DNA of 64,000 nucleotides, from NCBI GenBank assembly GCA_050949565.1, contig JBMNFY010000007.1:32001-96000 (forward strand). The letters run 5' to 3'. Positions 61,883 to 64,000 of this stretch are shown piece by piece. The notes under the pieces were generated by a model. The model saw nothing but the letters and a program-made list of their open reading frames with translations, was not told where the DNA came from and searched no databases. This stretch comes from Kiritimatiellia bacterium (lineage in GTDB: Bacteria; Verrucomicrobiota; Kiritimatiellia; RFP12; UBA1067). The translations under genes were made by a program, and so were the position numbers. Position 1 is the first letter of the stretch; every line of letters begins with the position of its first letter.

Positions 61883-63325
61883 TTACACTCCTTTTCCGGG
61901 GAAACCCATTTTGCCGGGGTTCATGATGTTGTTGGGGTCGAGCACTTTCTTGAGAGACTCAAGCACATTGAAGGCTGGCCCGTAAAGGTCGCGCATGATG
62001 CGGCCGAGCTTGAGGCCCACGCCGTGGTGCTCGTTGATCACGCCACCCTCGCGGATCGCCGCGCGGATCGCCATGTCCCAGATGCGGTTGTAGAGCGCGA
62101 CCGCCTCGTTCGGGTCCTGTGGCGGTTCCTCGATGATGAAGCGCGCATAGAGCATGCAGCCCCAGTCGTACCAGTGCGAGAAGTGACCGATGAAGGCGGC
62201 CTGCGGGAAGTTCTCTTTGACGACATTCTTCATGGCCCAGTAGACATTCTCGATGTTGGCGAAGGTGGCGACCGTGTCGAGTGTGCCGAAAGCCTGCGGC
62301 AACTGGAACATATAGGGCGGGTAGAAGAACTTGTAGCGGTTTTTCCACCACGACTGCCCGGCCTCTGTGCCCAGATCCTCCTTGGAGGTTCTTTCACAGA
62401 TTTTGCAGGCCTCTTCCATCTCCAGATCCACGATCTTTTCCGGGCCGTCAAAGCCGAACACCAAGTACGCGCCCTTGCGGTCGATGTTGAGCACCCGCTT
62501 GATGACCCTGGCGGTCGAGGCCTCGTCATAGAGACGGATGACGGCGGGACGCATGCGGCTGATCATAAGTTGGGAACCCGCCACCATGGCATCGTGCATG
62601 GTTTCGAACAGGTAGGCGTGGAACTTACGCGCGGCCGGGATCGGGTGAATCTTCATGACCGCCTTGGTCACGACTCCCAGTGTGCCCTCGCTGCCCAAAA
62701 AGAGTTCAGTGAGGGAGGGGCCGGAGGCGTGACGCGGTACCGGCAGGGTGTTGATGATTTCGCCGGTCGGTGTGACCACCTCCAGCGACATGATCATGTC
62801 TTCGATCTTGCCGTACTTGGTGCTGAGCACACCGGTACCGCGGTGCGCGATGAAGCCACCGAGTGTGGCGCAGGAAATCGAGGCGGGGAGGTGCATGGTG
62901 CTGAAACCAGCTTTCTCGACCTCCCACTCCAGATGCTGCGCGTTGATGCCGGCTTCCGCAGTAACGCACATCGTGACCGGATCAATTTCGATCACTTTGT
63001 TCATGCGCTTCATGTCCAGCACGATGCCGCCGTAGATCGGCAACGCGCCGCCTTGGGAGCCCGAGCCGCCACCCCACGGGGTCACGGGAATATTGTGGGT
63101 GTTGGCGATCTTGAGAATCGCGGCGACCTCCTGCGTGTTGCCGGGATAGACAACAAGATCCGGCGGCGTGGGTCTTTCACCGCGATCGTGCCAGCACTCC
63201 GGCACCCAATAGTAGTCGATGGAGTGGCCGAGATTATCGGCCTCGTTAGCTTGGACATACTCGTCGCCGACCACCCAGGTCAGCTCGCTACGAATCATCT
63301 CGTAGAGGTAGTTTTTTGGTGTCAT
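61883..63325 (-). CDS. FAD-linked oxidoreductase (GlcD / alkyl-DHAP synthase-like)
   Basis: PWGGGSG, ATLGG, STKYGKIEDM, GSEGTLG, HFSH, EHHGVG, DPNNIMNPGK. Confidence 0.9.
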   Translation of the reverse strand: MTPKNYLYEMIRSELTWVVGDEYVQANEADNLGHSIDYYWVPECWHDRGERPTPPDLVVYPGNTQEVAAILKIANTHNIPVTPWGGGSGSQGGALPIYGGIVLDMKRMNKVIEIDPVTMCVTAEAGINAQHLEWEVEKAGFSTMHLPASISCATLGGFIAHRGTGVLSTKYGKIEDMIMSLEVVTPTGEIINTLPVPRHASGPSLTELFLGSEGTLGVVTKAVMKIHPIPAARKFHAYLFETMHDAMVAGSQLMISRMRPAVIRLYDEASTARVIKRVLNIDRKGAYLVFGFDGPEKIVDLEMEEACKICERTSKEDLGTEAGQSWWKNRYKFFYPPYMFQLPQAFGTLDTVATFANIENVYWAMKNVVKENFPQAAFIGHFSHWYDWGCMLYARFIIEEPPQDPNEAVALYNRIWDMAIRAAIREGGVINEHHGVGLKLGRIMRDLYGPAFNVLESLKKVLDPNNIMNPGKMGFPGKGV

Positions 63326-63339
63326 GTTTTCTCCTTTAA

Positions 63340-63800
63340 GAGTTGTTTTTTAACGCAGAGACGCAGAGGTTTTGATGGATGCGGCGTGACCGCCGCTGGG
63401 AGGGGCAAGCGTCTGCTTGCCCGCGGACGAGCAGACGCTCGTCCCTCCCGGTGCTCCGCAATGAACCCTGAAACCATCCTTCCGCACAGCGGAAGGCGGC
63501 TCGTGGGGACACTCGCCATCCATTGCCCGTCCCTGCGGCTCGTGGGGACACTCGCCATCCAAATCATGTCAATCATGTCAATCATGTCAAAAAAATGAAA
63601 CCATGGAACACGGGCAAGATGCCCGTGCCACACCCTTTTGCAAGACACGTTGTTGCGGGCGAGGACGCCCGACTCCAAATCTCTGCTCCCCTTTTCACCA
63701 GAAACGCACGATCTTCGCACATCCCTGTCATTAACCGACTGTGGATGGTCATGGAAAAACCTTTGTGTCCTTTGTGCCTTTGTGTGAGATTGAATTGGGT
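63340..63800. repeat. Intergenic repeat mosaic
   Basis: cgcagaga arm, three REP families, (aatcatgtc)x3, 28-bp site, cctttgtg arm; blocks shared with 11474-11841, 16753-16990 and 45881-46170. Confidence 0.88.
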
Positions 63801-63855
63801 TGCGGGCTTTACCCGCGCTAGGTGAAAGGATCTAATAACGTTCAACGCTTAACGC

Positions 63856-63999
63856 TCAACTTTTAACGCTCAAGTTTTGAAGGGCGAGGTTCCTGTAGCA
63901 CGGAGCCAGCACGTCGTGGATGGCGCGGTAGCGTTGGAACTGACTGTTGTAAAACTCCGCGCGTCCGGCGTCGGGCAACAACTCGCGATCAAAACGCAG
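63856..63999 (-). CDS. C-terminal end of a probable FGGY carbohydrate kinase (continues beyond window)
   Basis: Translates LRFDRELLPDAGRAEFYNSQFQRYRAIHDVLAP...*, like FGGY kinase C-termini; upstream of the isomerase/aldolase cluster. Confidence 0.55.
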   Translation of the reverse strand: MRFDRELLPDAGRAEFYNSQFQRYRAIHDVLAPCYRNLALQNLSVKS

Positions 64000-64000
64000 G

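Noticed and set aside
61877-63598. 573-aa plus-strand ORF
   Set aside because: Antisense shadow of the FAD oxidoreductase extending into repeats.
1-64000. DGR, retron, prophage, transposase, rRNA or tRNA genes
   Set aside because: No reverse transcriptase, integrase, transposase, phage structural gene or RNA-gene signature recognised by eye.

Overview
GC-rich bacterial window, most likely Kiritimatiellae/PVC (inferred from gene content and protein architectures). It holds carbohydrate-active and Tat/Sec-exported enzymes, gatCAB, a GspE-PilT-GspE cluster, trxB, an MsbA-like ABC transporter, a MurJ-like flippase and a minus-strand sugar catabolism cluster. Intergenic DNA is a dense mosaic of repeat families: REP-like palindrome doublets, a ~100-bp MITE, 6-9-nt periodic tracts and a recurrent 28-bp 11-6-11 site. 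Most interesting signals: (1) a GxxExxY PD-(D/E)xK-type gene inside a tandem array of ~100-bp hairpins, with related periodic inverted arms elsewhere either empty or bracketing cargo; (2) an AT-richer four-gene operon with a signal-peptide-bearing WHH nuclease, SMI1/KNR4 immunity and two unrecognised exported partners; (3) seven copies of a dif-like 28-bp site at repeat/promoter junctions; (4) a degenerate attC-like cassette array without integrase; (5) a shared C-terminal GT-hydrophobic motif on large exported proteins. All calls come from reading motifs by eye; no searches were run.
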